Positions 1 to 6,036 of a stretch of 7,224 nt of DNA are shown piece by piece. The translations under genes and the position numbers were made by a program. The notes beneath the pieces are model-generated. The model saw only the letters and a list, made by a program, of their open reading frames with translations. It did not search any database and was not told the DNA's origin. The stretch comes from a virus. Lineage: Duplodnaviria > Heunggongvirae > Uroviricota > Caudoviricetes. The DNA is taken from positions 1 through 7,224 of IMG/VR virus record IMGVR_UViG_3300000059_000071; one strand, given 5' to 3'. How positions within the stretch are numbered: the stretch's first letter is position 1; each line of letters opens with the position of its first letter.

Positions 1-385
1 TCACGGGCGTTTAATTGCCCCGCCGAACAGCTCTTTTCCGCAATAGCTGCAATGTCTTTCGCGCATCAGCCTGCGCATTCACCACAACGCTGAGAGCACT
101 TAGCCAGTTACGGCACCACACTTTGTCGCGGTTCCATAAATGCCCTCATCGTTGCACCCTGGTCTCTTCCCAGGTGTCAAACCGAACCGCCACGCTGGTT
201 AGGCGTCTTATCAGCATCATCATTGACTTGCACATTCCGGCTACCTGGTTTGTTTGCCCGAGCAAGGAGTGGATTGTCCCCTTTAACGTCCCCAGACCGC
301 TAACGACGCATGTGCCATACACCGTGTTACAACCAAATTTTGTTAGTACCTTGTTTGTTGGTCTGGAAAGAAAGATAAAATGAAA

Positions 386-423
386 TTGCGCATTGTGCAA
401 GTGATTTGTTGTGATATATGCAA
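386..423. promoter_or_regulatory. Putative left operator pair (OL-like), probably overlapping a leftward early promoter
   Basis: Two 15-bp imperfect palindromes, TTGCGCATTGTGCAA (386-400) and TTGTGATATATGCAA (409-423), 23 bp apart start to start. Same pattern (TTGCGC-N3-NNGCAA) as the site at 1192-1206 next to the repressor gene. Position downstream of the repressor gene matches lambdoid OL/PL layout. No clean -35/-10 could be assigned. Confidence 0.4.
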
Positions 424-440
424 TTTAATGGGTAATGAAA

Positions 441-458
441 AGCCACCTTCGGGTGGCT
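441..458 (-). terminator. Rho-independent terminator candidate downstream of the repressor gene
   Basis: Perfect 7-bp GC-rich stem AGCCACC / GGTGGCT with a TTCG loop (plus strand). On the minus-strand RNA the hairpin is followed by UUUCAUU. Lies about 20 nt past the repressor stop at 479-481. Confidence 0.5.
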
Positions 459-478
459 AATTGATGAGGAGGTAAGGG

Positions 479-1171
479 TTAATTGTGTCGCTTAAGGGTT
501 TGTGACTGGCTGATTAAGACCTTTCCAAAGACCATAAACCGGTGTTCATTTTCGCTGGTAATTCCCCATTCACGGTAAATCTGGTTATCAGAAATCACCA
601 GTAGTTTGTCAGGTATCATTTGCAGTCGTTTGACATAAATTTTATCATCAAAACCAAATACATAGATACCATCTCCATCAAACTGATTGATACTGACATC
701 AACGAAGATGAGATCTCCTGGCTCAATGGTTGGACACATACTGTCCCCACGAACGTTGATAACTTTAATGTGATTGGCTGGTCGTCCGCCAAACATCGAT
801 ACAGCATTATCAGTTCTGTATTCAATGGCATGAATCACATCAATGACATCACCGCCCTGGATAAGGCCATTTCCCGCACTGGCACTGACATCCAGCATTT
901 CAATACGGAATACATCCTTCACCTGCGCAACATCCTCACTAATACTGTTTTTACATACAGTATTACTTTTGAAGTCTGAGGTAAAGAGATCAGCAATATC
1001 AACACCTAAGCTCCTGGCAATATTACTCAGGGCTTGTTCAGTGAATTGTTTCTGCTTACCTGTTTCCAGGCGTGAGATATTCGCCGCATCCACTCCTATT
1101 GCTTCAGCGAGATCGGCGATTTTCATGTTCTTCGCCTGGCGAAGTTGTCTGACTCGATTTCCTATGTTCAT
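479..1171 (-). CDS. CI-type prophage repressor (N-terminal XRE-family HTH, C-terminal LexA-like S24 peptidase domain); predicted RecA-stimulated autocleavage
   Basis: 230-aa ORF. N-terminal HTH (KIADLAEAIGVDAANISRLETG). Ala-Gly candidate cleavage site at residues 99-100 (SASAGNG). Ser in GDSM (res 144) and Lys in YVKRL (res 181), spaced 37 residues as in LexA Ser119/Lys156. Divergent from the cro-like gene. No SD upstream of the ATG, consistent with a leaderless transcript. Confidence 0.9.
   Translation of the reverse strand: MNIGNRVRQLRQAKNMKIADLAEAIGVDAANISRLETGKQKQFTEQALSNIARSLGVDIADLFTSDFKSNTVCKNSISEDVAQVKDVFRIEMLDVSASAGNGLIQGGDVIDVIHAIEYRTDNAVSMFGGRPANHIKVINVRGDSMCPTIEPGDLIFVDVSINQFDGDGIYVFGFDDKIYVKRLQMIPDKLLVISDNQIYREWGITSENEHRFMVFGKVLISQSQTLKRHN
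943..962. promoter_or_regulatory. LexA-box (SOS box)-like palindrome TACTGTTTTTACATACAGTA inside the repressor coding sequence
   Basis: Matches CTGT-N8-ACAG with both TACTGT/ACAGTA arms perfect; only the AT-rich centre differs from the consensus TACTGTATATATATACAGTA. A scan of the other CTGT occurrences found no second match in the window. Confidence 0.55.
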
Positions 1172-1268
1172 GCGTTTATTACATTTCTTTATTGCGCGTT
1201 AAGCAAATCAACTTGCGCAAAATATTTGCGTGAAATAATATGCTCATCACGCAATATGTGGAGGTTAT
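1172..1268. promoter_or_regulatory. Divergent immunity control region (OR-like operators with PRM-like leftward and PR-like rightward promoters)
   Basis: Operator-like site TTGCGCGTTAAGCAA (1192-1206) and a second TTGCGC-containing site, TTGCGCAAAATATTTGCG (1213-1230). Candidate PR: -35 TTGCGC (1213-1218), 17-bp spacer, -10 TAATAT (1236-1241), then SD GGAGG and cro ATG at 1269. Candidate PRM on minus strand: -35 TTGCTT (plus 1201-1206), 17-bp spacer, -10 TGTAAT (plus 1178-1183), putting the start at or near the repressor ATG. Confidence 0.6.
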
Positions 1269-1529
1269 ATGCAATCACCATTACGGAATGTGCGTAAAGC
1301 GCACGGATTTACTTTGCAGCATGTTGCTGCTGGCGTTCAGGTCAATCCAGCGACGCTGAGTCGTATTGAAAGACTGGAACAAATTCCATCTATCGATCTT
1401 GCAGAACGCCTGGCCAATTTTTTTAAGGGTGAAATCAGCGAAATGCAGATTCTTTATCCGGCACGTTTTCAATCTAGCCAAAACCAGAATGGGTTTAAAC
1501 CACAGGAACAGGAGGTAAGCCGTGGGTAA
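1269..1529 (+). CDS. Cro-like small HTH regulator (XRE family)
   Basis: 86-aa ORF divergent from the repressor. SD GGAGG 4 nt upstream of ATG. HTH segment FTLQHVAAGVQVNPATLSRIERLE. Position and size fit a Cro/YdaS-type protein. Confidence 0.8.
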   Translation: MQSPLRNVRKAHGFTLQHVAAGVQVNPATLSRIERLEQIPSIDLAERLANFFKGEISEMQILYPARFQSSQNQNGFKPQEQEVSRG

Positions 1530-1566
1530 GCATCACTGGAAAGTGGAAAAACAGCCTGAGTGGTAG

Positions 1567-2079
1567 GTGAAAGCTGTCAGAAAAACTATCGCGGCATTGC
1601 CTGGGGGTTACGCTGAAGCTGCTGACTGGCTGGATGTAACAGAGAACGCTTTATTCAACCGCCTTCGTGCAGATGGCGATCAGATTTTCCCGCTGGGATG
1701 GGCAATGATTTTACAACGTGCTGGTGGAACTCACTTCATTGCTGACGCTGTGGCGCAGTCTGCAAATGGCGTCTTTGTGTCTCTTCCTGACGTCGAGGAT
1801 GTGGACAACGCCGATATTAACCAGCGTCTGCTGGAAGTCATTGAACAGATCGGCAGTTATTCAAAACAGATTCGTTCAGCAATCGAAGACGGTGTAGTGG
1901 AACCGCATGAGAAGACAGCAATTAACGACGAGCTGTATCTCTCAATTTCGAAGCTGCAGGAGCATGCAGCACTTGTCTACAAAATTTTTTGCATTTCAGA
2001 AAGTAATGACGCCCGCGAGTGTGCAGCTCCGGGCGTCGTGGCGTCGATTGCTTCTGGTTGTGGAGAAACTAACGCATGA
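1567..2079 (+). CDS. CII-like / YdaT-like early regulator (functional CII analogue family); start codon uncertain
   Basis: 170-aa ORF immediately after the cro-like gene. Assignment is from position and recalled family resemblance, not a search. Annotated start is GTG 1567 with weak SD; a strong SD plus GTG lies in frame at 1511-1524 but is separated by TAG at 1564-1566. Stop overlaps the next ATG (ATGA at 2076-2079). Confidence 0.55.
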   Translation: MKAVRKTIAALPGGYAEAADWLDVTENALFNRLRADGDQIFPLGWAMILQRAGGTHFIADAVAQSANGVFVSLPDVEDVDNADINQRLLEVIEQIGSYSKQIRSAIEDGVVEPHEKTAINDELYLSISKLQEHAALVYKIFCISESNDARECAAPGVVASIASGCGETNA

Positions 2080-2414
2080 ACAGTTTAACAACACACTACC
2101 GTCGCTCGCAACTGATTGCGCTTCCTGTACCGGGTGGAAAAGCGAAGGTGGAGTATTGCTATGCAGTAAATGTACCAGGTGACAGGGAAATTGTAACCCA
2201 CAGCTTTGCAGAGTGGGCTGTGGGTGATTTCAACCGGCAGAAGGAGACAGTCCTTTGCGACAAGTTAACCGCTGGTTCAAAGATCACTACGGAGTGCCCG
2301 TCAGAGTCATTCGTTGGGAGCCGGAAACACAACGTGTTATCTACCTCCGCGAAGGCTATGAGCATGAGTGCTTCAGCCCGCTCGAACAGTTTCGTCGTAA
2401 ATTCAGGGAAATAG
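2076..2414 (+). CDS. Hypothetical early protein; likely carries a frameshift (sequence error or pseudogene) in its 3' half
   Basis: 112-aa ORF with SD GGAGAA 8 nt upstream, translationally coupled to the CII-like gene. The C-terminal ~50 residues in this frame are low-complexity ([16 protein letters not shown]), whereas the -1 frame from about 2228 to the TAA at 2432-2434 encodes a protein-like sequence ([55 protein letters not shown]). Confidence 0.4.
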   Translation: MNSLTTHYRRSQLIALPVPGGKAKVEYCYAVNVPGDREIVTHSFAEWAVGDFNRQKETVLCDKLTAGSKITTECPSESFVGSRKHNVLSTSAKAMSMSASARSNSFVVNSGK

Positions 2415-2423
2415 AGGTCGGTC

Positions 2424-3365
2424 ATGAGCACTAAATTAACCGGCTATGTATGGGATGGTTGCGCTGCATCAGGCATGAAATTATCCAGCGTGGCAATTAT
2501 GGCCCGCCTGGCTGATTTCAGTAATGACGAAGGTGTGTGCTGGCCATCAATTGAAACCATTGCCCGCCAGATTGGCGCGGGAATGAGTACCGTCAGAACG
2601 GCTATCGCACGGCTGGAAGCAGAAGGCTGGTTAACGCGTAAGGCGCGTCGCCAGGGTAACCGCAATGCGTCGAATGTTTATCAGCTTAACGTTGCGAAGC
2701 TTCAGGCAGCGGCATTTTCTCAACTGTCAGATTCTGACCCGTCAAAATCTGACGCATCAAAATCTGACCCGTCAAAATTTGATGCGTCGAAATCTGGCAA
2801 AAAAGCGGGTTTTCACCCGTCAGAATCTGGCGGGGATCCGTCAGTAAAATCAAAACATGATCCGTCAGATAAAAAAACTTCTCGTCCGGACGCTTCGCAA
2901 CCGGACACGCAGACGGCTGAACAGGAGTTTTTAACTCGCCATCCTGATGCGGTTGTATTCAGCCCTAAAAAGCGCCAGTGGGGAACGCAGGATGATTTGA
3001 CCTGCGCACAGTGGCTCTGGAAAAAAATCATCGCCCTGTACGAGCAGGCCGCCGAATGTGACGGCGAGGTGGTTCGTCCCAAAGAACCGAACTGGACAGC
3101 CTGGGCAAACGAAATTCGCCTGATGTGTGTGCAGGATGGTCGTACTCANAAACAAATCTGCGAGATGTACAGCCGCGTCAGNCGCGATCCGTTCTGGTGC
3201 CGTAACGTGCTCAGCCCGTCGAAGCTGCGGGAAAAATGGGATGAGCTTTCCCTGCGCTTATCGCCGTCCGTAAGCACGTACACCGAAAAACGCGAAGACC
3301 CGTACTTCAAATCCAGTTACGACAACGTGGACTACAGCCAGATCCCGGCAGGATTCAGGGGGTGA
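2424..3365 (+). CDS. Lambda O-like replication initiator (N-terminal winged-helix DNA-binding domain, repeat linker encoded by the iterons, C-terminal domain)
   Basis: 313-aa ORF in the O position after the CII-like gene. N-terminal HTH/winged-helix-like segment (SIETIARQIGAGMSTVRTAIARLEAEGWL). Internal 5-aa repeats (DPSKS/DASKS) coincide with DNA iterons as in lambda O. SD AGAGGT upstream. Contains two N bases (3149, 3182). Confidence 0.8.
   Translation: MSTKLTGYVWDGCAASGMKLSSVAIMARLADFSNDEGVCWPSIETIARQIGAGMSTVRTAIARLEAEGWLTRKARRQGNRNASNVYQLNVAKLQAAAFSQLSDSDPSKSDASKSDPSKFDASKSGKKAGFHPSESGGDPSVKSKHDPSDKKTSRPDASQPDTQTAEQEFLTRHPDAVVFSPKKRQWGTQDDLTCAQWLWKKIIALYEQAAECDGEVVRPKEPNWTAWANEIRLMCVQDGRTXKQICEMYSRVXRDPFWCRNVLSPSKLREKWDELSLRLSPSVSTYTEKREDPYFKSSYDNVDYSQIPAGFRG
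2724..2877. repeat. Iteron array plus A-rich tract: candidate phage replication origin embedded in the initiator gene
   Basis: Five tandem 15-bp units each containing a GTCA-N5-TGAC-type palindrome (GTCAGATTCTGAC 2726-2738, GTCAAAATCTGAC 2741-2753, ATCAAAATCTGAC 2756-2768, GTCAAAATTTGAT 2771-2783, GTCGAAATCTGGC 2786-2798). A sixth copy at 2819-2831, two degenerate CCGTCAG copies (2838-2845, 2861-2868) each preceded by GATC, then an A-rich run (2868-2877). Confidence 0.65.
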
Positions 3366-3367
3366 TC

Positions 3368-3856
3368 ATGAGTCTGTTAAATGACGTTCAGAAATTCATT
3401 GAAGCCCATCCGGGGTGTACTTCCGGAGACATTGCGGATGCTTTTGCAGGTTACTCACGGCAGCGCGTTCTGCAGTCAGCAAGCAAGTTACGTCAGAGTG
3501 GGCGTGTGGCTCACCGTTGTGAAGGAGATACACGCAGACATTTCCCGCGCCTGACTGAGAGAGCGCAGGAACCGGAACCACAACCAGTTCGTGAAACCAG
3601 ACCTGTGCGCAATTTCTATGTCGGCACTAACGATCCCCGTGTGATTTTGTGCCTGACCCGCCAGGCGGAAGAACTGGAGTCCAGAGGCTTATACCGTCGT
3701 GCTGCAACCGTGTGGATGGCGGCATTCCGTGAAAGCCACTCCCAGCCAGAACGAAACAATTTTCTGGCGCGTCGTGAGCGGTGCTTACGGAAAAGCAGCA
3801 AGCGCGCTGCATCGGGTGAAGAGTGGTATCTGTCAGGGAATTACGTGGGGGCTTAA
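3368..3856 (+). CDS. PerC/Pch-family-like transcriptional regulator with an N-terminal extension
   Basis: ORF with SD GGGGG upstream of ATG 3368 (the GTG at 3362 overlaps the O-like stop and is less likely). C-terminal segment AEELESRGLYRRAATVWMAAF...ERNNFLARRERC resembles the conserved core of PerC-like regulators as recalled. Stop overlaps the next start (TAATG at 3854-3858). Confidence 0.55.
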   Translation: MSLLNDVQKFIEAHPGCTSGDIADAFAGYSRQRVLQSASKLRQSGRVAHRCEGDTRRHFPRLTERAQEPEPQPVRETRPVRNFYVGTNDPRVILCLTRQAEELESRGLYRRAATVWMAAFRESHSQPERNNFLARRERCLRKSSKRAASGEEWYLSGNYVGA

Positions 3857-4509
3857 TGAGTAATAAATATTGCCAGGCGCTGGTGGAACTGCGGAACAAA
3901 CCAGCCCATGAACTGAAGGAAGTGGGCGATCAGTGGCGCACGCCGGACAACATTTTCTGGGGAATTAACACCCTGTTTGGCCCGTTTGTTCTGGATCTGT
4001 TCACTGACGGTGATAACGCCAAATGTGCCGCGTATTACACGGCGGAAGACAACGCGCTGGCGCATGACTGGTCAGAACGCCTTGCGGAGCTTAAAGGTGC
4101 TGCCTTTGGTAATCCCCCATACAGCCGTGCCAGTCAGCATGAGGGGCAATACATCACCGGCATGCGTTACATCATGAAGCATGCCAGTGCCATGCGTGAT
4201 AAGGGCGGGCGCTATGTTTTCCTGATCAAAGCTGCCACCAGCGAAGTGTGGTGGCCGGAAGATGCAGATCATATTGCTTTTATTCGCGGGCGTATTGGTT
4301 TTGAACTGCCTGCCTGGTTTATCCCGAAGGATGAGAAGCAGGTGCCGACAGGCGCTTTCTTCGCTGGTGCTATTGCTGTTTTCGACAAGACCTGGAAGGG
4401 ACCGGCAATCAGCTACATCGGGCGCGATGAACTTGAGGCATGTGGTGAGGCGTTTCTGGCGCAGGTTCGCCAGCAGGCGGAAAAACTGGTCAGGGAGATG
4501 GCGGCATGA
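3856..4509 (+). CDS. Phage Dam-family N6-adenine DNA methyltransferase (orphan, no cognate restriction gene nearby)
   Basis: 217-aa ORF from ATG 3856 (SD GGGGG 4 nt upstream). Catalytic motif IV FGNPPYS. Size and context typical of lambdoid nin-region adenine methylases. Coupled to neighbours at both ends. Confidence 0.8.
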   Translation: MSNKYCQALVELRNKPAHELKEVGDQWRTPDNIFWGINTLFGPFVLDLFTDGDNAKCAAYYTAEDNALAHDWSERLAELKGAAFGNPPYSRASQHEGQYITGMRYIMKHASAMRDKGGRYVFLIKAATSEVWWPEDADHIAFIRGRIGFELPAWFIPKDEKQVPTGAFFAGAIAVFDKTWKGPAISYIGRDELEACGEAFLAQVRQQAEKLVREMAA

Positions 4510-4832
4510 CGACGTTAACTCAATGCCAGCAGCAGGTGCTGGATATGCTGATTTCTTATCAGAAAGAACGTGGCTTCCCGCCAACCAATCAGGAGGTGGC
4601 AACCATGCTGGGATACCGTTCAGTGAATGCAGCGGTGGAGCATCTTCGCGCACTGGAGAAAAAAGGCGTCATCACGATAAAGCGTGGCGTGGCCCGGGGG
4701 ATAACGCTTCATACCGCGGTGAAGGACGACGACAGCGAGGCGGTCGGGATTATCCGCGCACTGCTTACCGGTGAGGAAAACGCAAGGCTGCGTGCAACCC
4801 ACTGGTTACATGAGAGGGGCCTGAAAGTATGA
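4506..4832 (+). CDS. LexA N-terminal DNA-binding-domain homologue lacking the cleavage site and S24 peptidase domain
   Basis: 108-aa ORF. Residues 1-70 align with E. coli LexA residues 1-70 at roughly 50% identity as recalled (ours QQQVLDML...GFPPTNQEVATMLGYRSVNAAVEHLRALEKKGVITI vs LexA RQQEVFDLI...[36 protein letters not shown]). Recognition helix NAAxEHL conserved. No Ala-Gly site or Ser/Lys dyad; a ~35-aa unrelated tail follows. ATGA overlaps at both ends. Confidence 0.8.
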   Translation: MTTLTQCQQQVLDMLISYQKERGFPPTNQEVATMLGYRSVNAAVEHLRALEKKGVITIKRGVARGITLHTAVKDDDSEAVGIIRALLTGEENARLRATHWLHERGLKV

Positions 4833-5218
4833 AGCTGATCCTGCCTTTTCCGCCCAGCGTGAACACGTACTGGCGACACCCCAACAAAGGGGCGTTTGCT
4901 GGTAAGAGCCTGATAAGCGCGGCGGGGCGAAAATTCCAGAGCGCGGCGTGCGCAGCAATAGTTGAGCAGTTACGTCGTCTGCCGAAACCAACGTCGGCAC
5001 CTGCTTCAGTGGAGATCGTGTTGTTTCCTCCGGATAACCGGATCCGCGATCTGGACAACTATAACAAGGCGCTGTTTGACGCCCTGACCCACGCGGGTGT
5101 GTGGGAAGACGACAGCCAGGTGAAAAGAATGCTGGTGGAGTGGGGACCGGTTATCCCGGAAGGGAAGGTCGAGATCACTATCAGTAAGTACGAGAAAACG
5201 GCGGGTGCAGCCGCCTGA
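4829..5218 (+). CDS. rusA: RusA Holliday-junction resolvase
   Basis: 129-aa ORF. Motifs LPFPPSVNTYWRH and RDLDNYNKALFDALTHAGVWEDDSQV match E. coli RusA (LPWPPSNNRYYRH ... [26 protein letters not shown]), including the catalytic Asp cluster. SD GAGAGGGG upstream. Confidence 0.9.
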   Translation: MKLILPFPPSVNTYWRHPNKGAFAGKSLISAAGRKFQSAACAAIVEQLRRLPKPTSAPASVEIVLFPPDNRIRDLDNYNKALFDALTHAGVWEDDSQVKRMLVEWGPVIPEGKVEITISKYEKTAGAAA

Positions 5219-5237
5219 GCAAGAGGAGAAACGAAGT

Positions 5238-6035
5238 ATGAATAATCTGATGGTCATTGATGGTATTGAAGTTCGTCGTGATGCTTATGGGCGTTACAGC
5301 CTGAACGATCTGCACAGGGCTGCCGGTTCTCTGGATAAGCATAAGCCTGCATTCTGGCTCCGCAATGAGCAAACTGAACGTTTAATAAGCGAGTTGCAGA
5401 TTTGCAACTCGGTCAATATAGAGCCAGTTAACGTTATTCGTGGCGGAAATAACCAGGGGACGTATGTCTGCAAAGAACTGGTGTATGCCTATGCAATGTG
5501 GATCAGTCCGTCATTCCATCTGAAGGTGATCCGTACTTTCGATATGGTAACCAGCGCACCGGAAAAATTATCCGGGCAGGCTGCTGACAAGATGCAGGCT
5601 GGAGTGATTCTGCTGGACTTTATGCGCCGGGAGTTAAACCTGTCTAACTCTTCAGTGCTTGGTGCCTGTCAGAAACTCCAGGAGGCTGTTGGCTTACCGA
5701 ATCTGGCACCGCGCTATGCCATTGATGCTCCTGCTGACGCGCCTGATGGCTCAAGCCGCCCCACGCTGTCACTGAGTGCACTGCTGAAGCAGTATGGTAT
5801 CCGCCTGACAGCTAATCAGGCATATCACCAGATGGTGAAGCTGGGGATCGTCGAGCAGCGCGAACGATACAGCCGTACCGCGATTAACAACATCAAAAAA
5901 TTCTGGTCGCTGACAGCGAAAGGCTGCATGTTCGGCAAGAACATCACCAGTCCCGCAAATCCGCGCGAGACGCAGCCGCATTTCTTCGAATCCCGATTCC
6001 CTGAGCTGTTAAAGCTGCTCGATACCGTTCATTGA
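5238..6035 (+). CDS. KilA-N domain protein (Roi/antirepressor-like) with an uncharacterised C-terminal domain
   Basis: 265-aa ORF from ATG 5238 with SD GAGGAG 8 nt upstream. N-terminal ~100 aa (MVIDGIEVRRDAYGRYSLNDLHRAAG...KPAFWLRNEQTERLISEL) has the character of KilA-N/Roi DNA-binding domains. The C-terminal ~160 aa was not recognised. Confidence 0.75.
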   Translation: MNNLMVIDGIEVRRDAYGRYSLNDLHRAAGSLDKHKPAFWLRNEQTERLISELQICNSVNIEPVNVIRGGNNQGTYVCKELVYAYAMWISPSFHLKVIRTFDMVTSAPEKLSGQAADKMQAGVILLDFMRRELNLSNSSVLGACQKLQEAVGLPNLAPRYAIDAPADAPDGSSRPTLSLSALLKQYGIRLTANQAYHQMVKLGIVEQRERYSRTAINNIKKFWSLTAKGCMFGKNITSPANPRETQPHFFESRFPELLKLLDTVH

Positions 6036-6036
6036 G

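Noticed and set aside
1-78. 25-aa minus-strand ORF (MRRLMRERHCSYCGKELFGGAIKRP) ending exactly at the window start
   Set aside because: Too short, with a weak ribosome-binding context. The CxxC pair is suggestive but not enough to call a gene.
15-383. 122-aa plus-strand ORF at the left end
   Set aside because: Starts at TTG right after a stop, has no internal Met and no SD, and its composition (Arg/Thr/Cys/His-rich) is not protein-like. It is more likely an open frame across non-coding leader.
146-400. 84-aa minus-strand ORF
   Set aside because: Start is a TTG inside the putative operator at 386-400 with no SD, and the sequence is not protein-like. Kept only as a possibility under the leader finding.
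620-1202. Two plus-strand ORFs (620-979 and 843-1202) overlapping the repressor gene
   Set aside because: Antisense to a confidently called repressor gene with conserved catalytic motifs, and neither has a start context.
2159-2431. 90-aa minus-strand ORF antisense to the hypothetical gene at 2076-2414
   Set aside because: Opposes the operon direction and has no promoter or SD. Its protein-like look is probably a mirror of the sense-strand coding signal.
2665-2847. 60-aa plus-strand ORF with TRQNL repeats
   Set aside because: It is the iteron array read in an alternative frame inside the O-like gene.
2724-2877. Possible CRISPR array from short direct repeats
   Set aside because: Units are 15 bp and directly abutting with no unique spacers, they lie within a coding sequence, and there are no cas genes. 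An iteron origin fits better.
4072-4653. 193-aa minus-strand ORF antisense to the methylase and LexA-like genes
   Set aside because: Pro/Arg/Leu-rich composition typical of antisense frames, no SD, and it opposes a tightly coupled operon.
4262-4774. 170-aa plus-strand ORF in an alternative frame
   Set aside because: Extremely Arg-rich and overlaps two well-supported genes in another frame.
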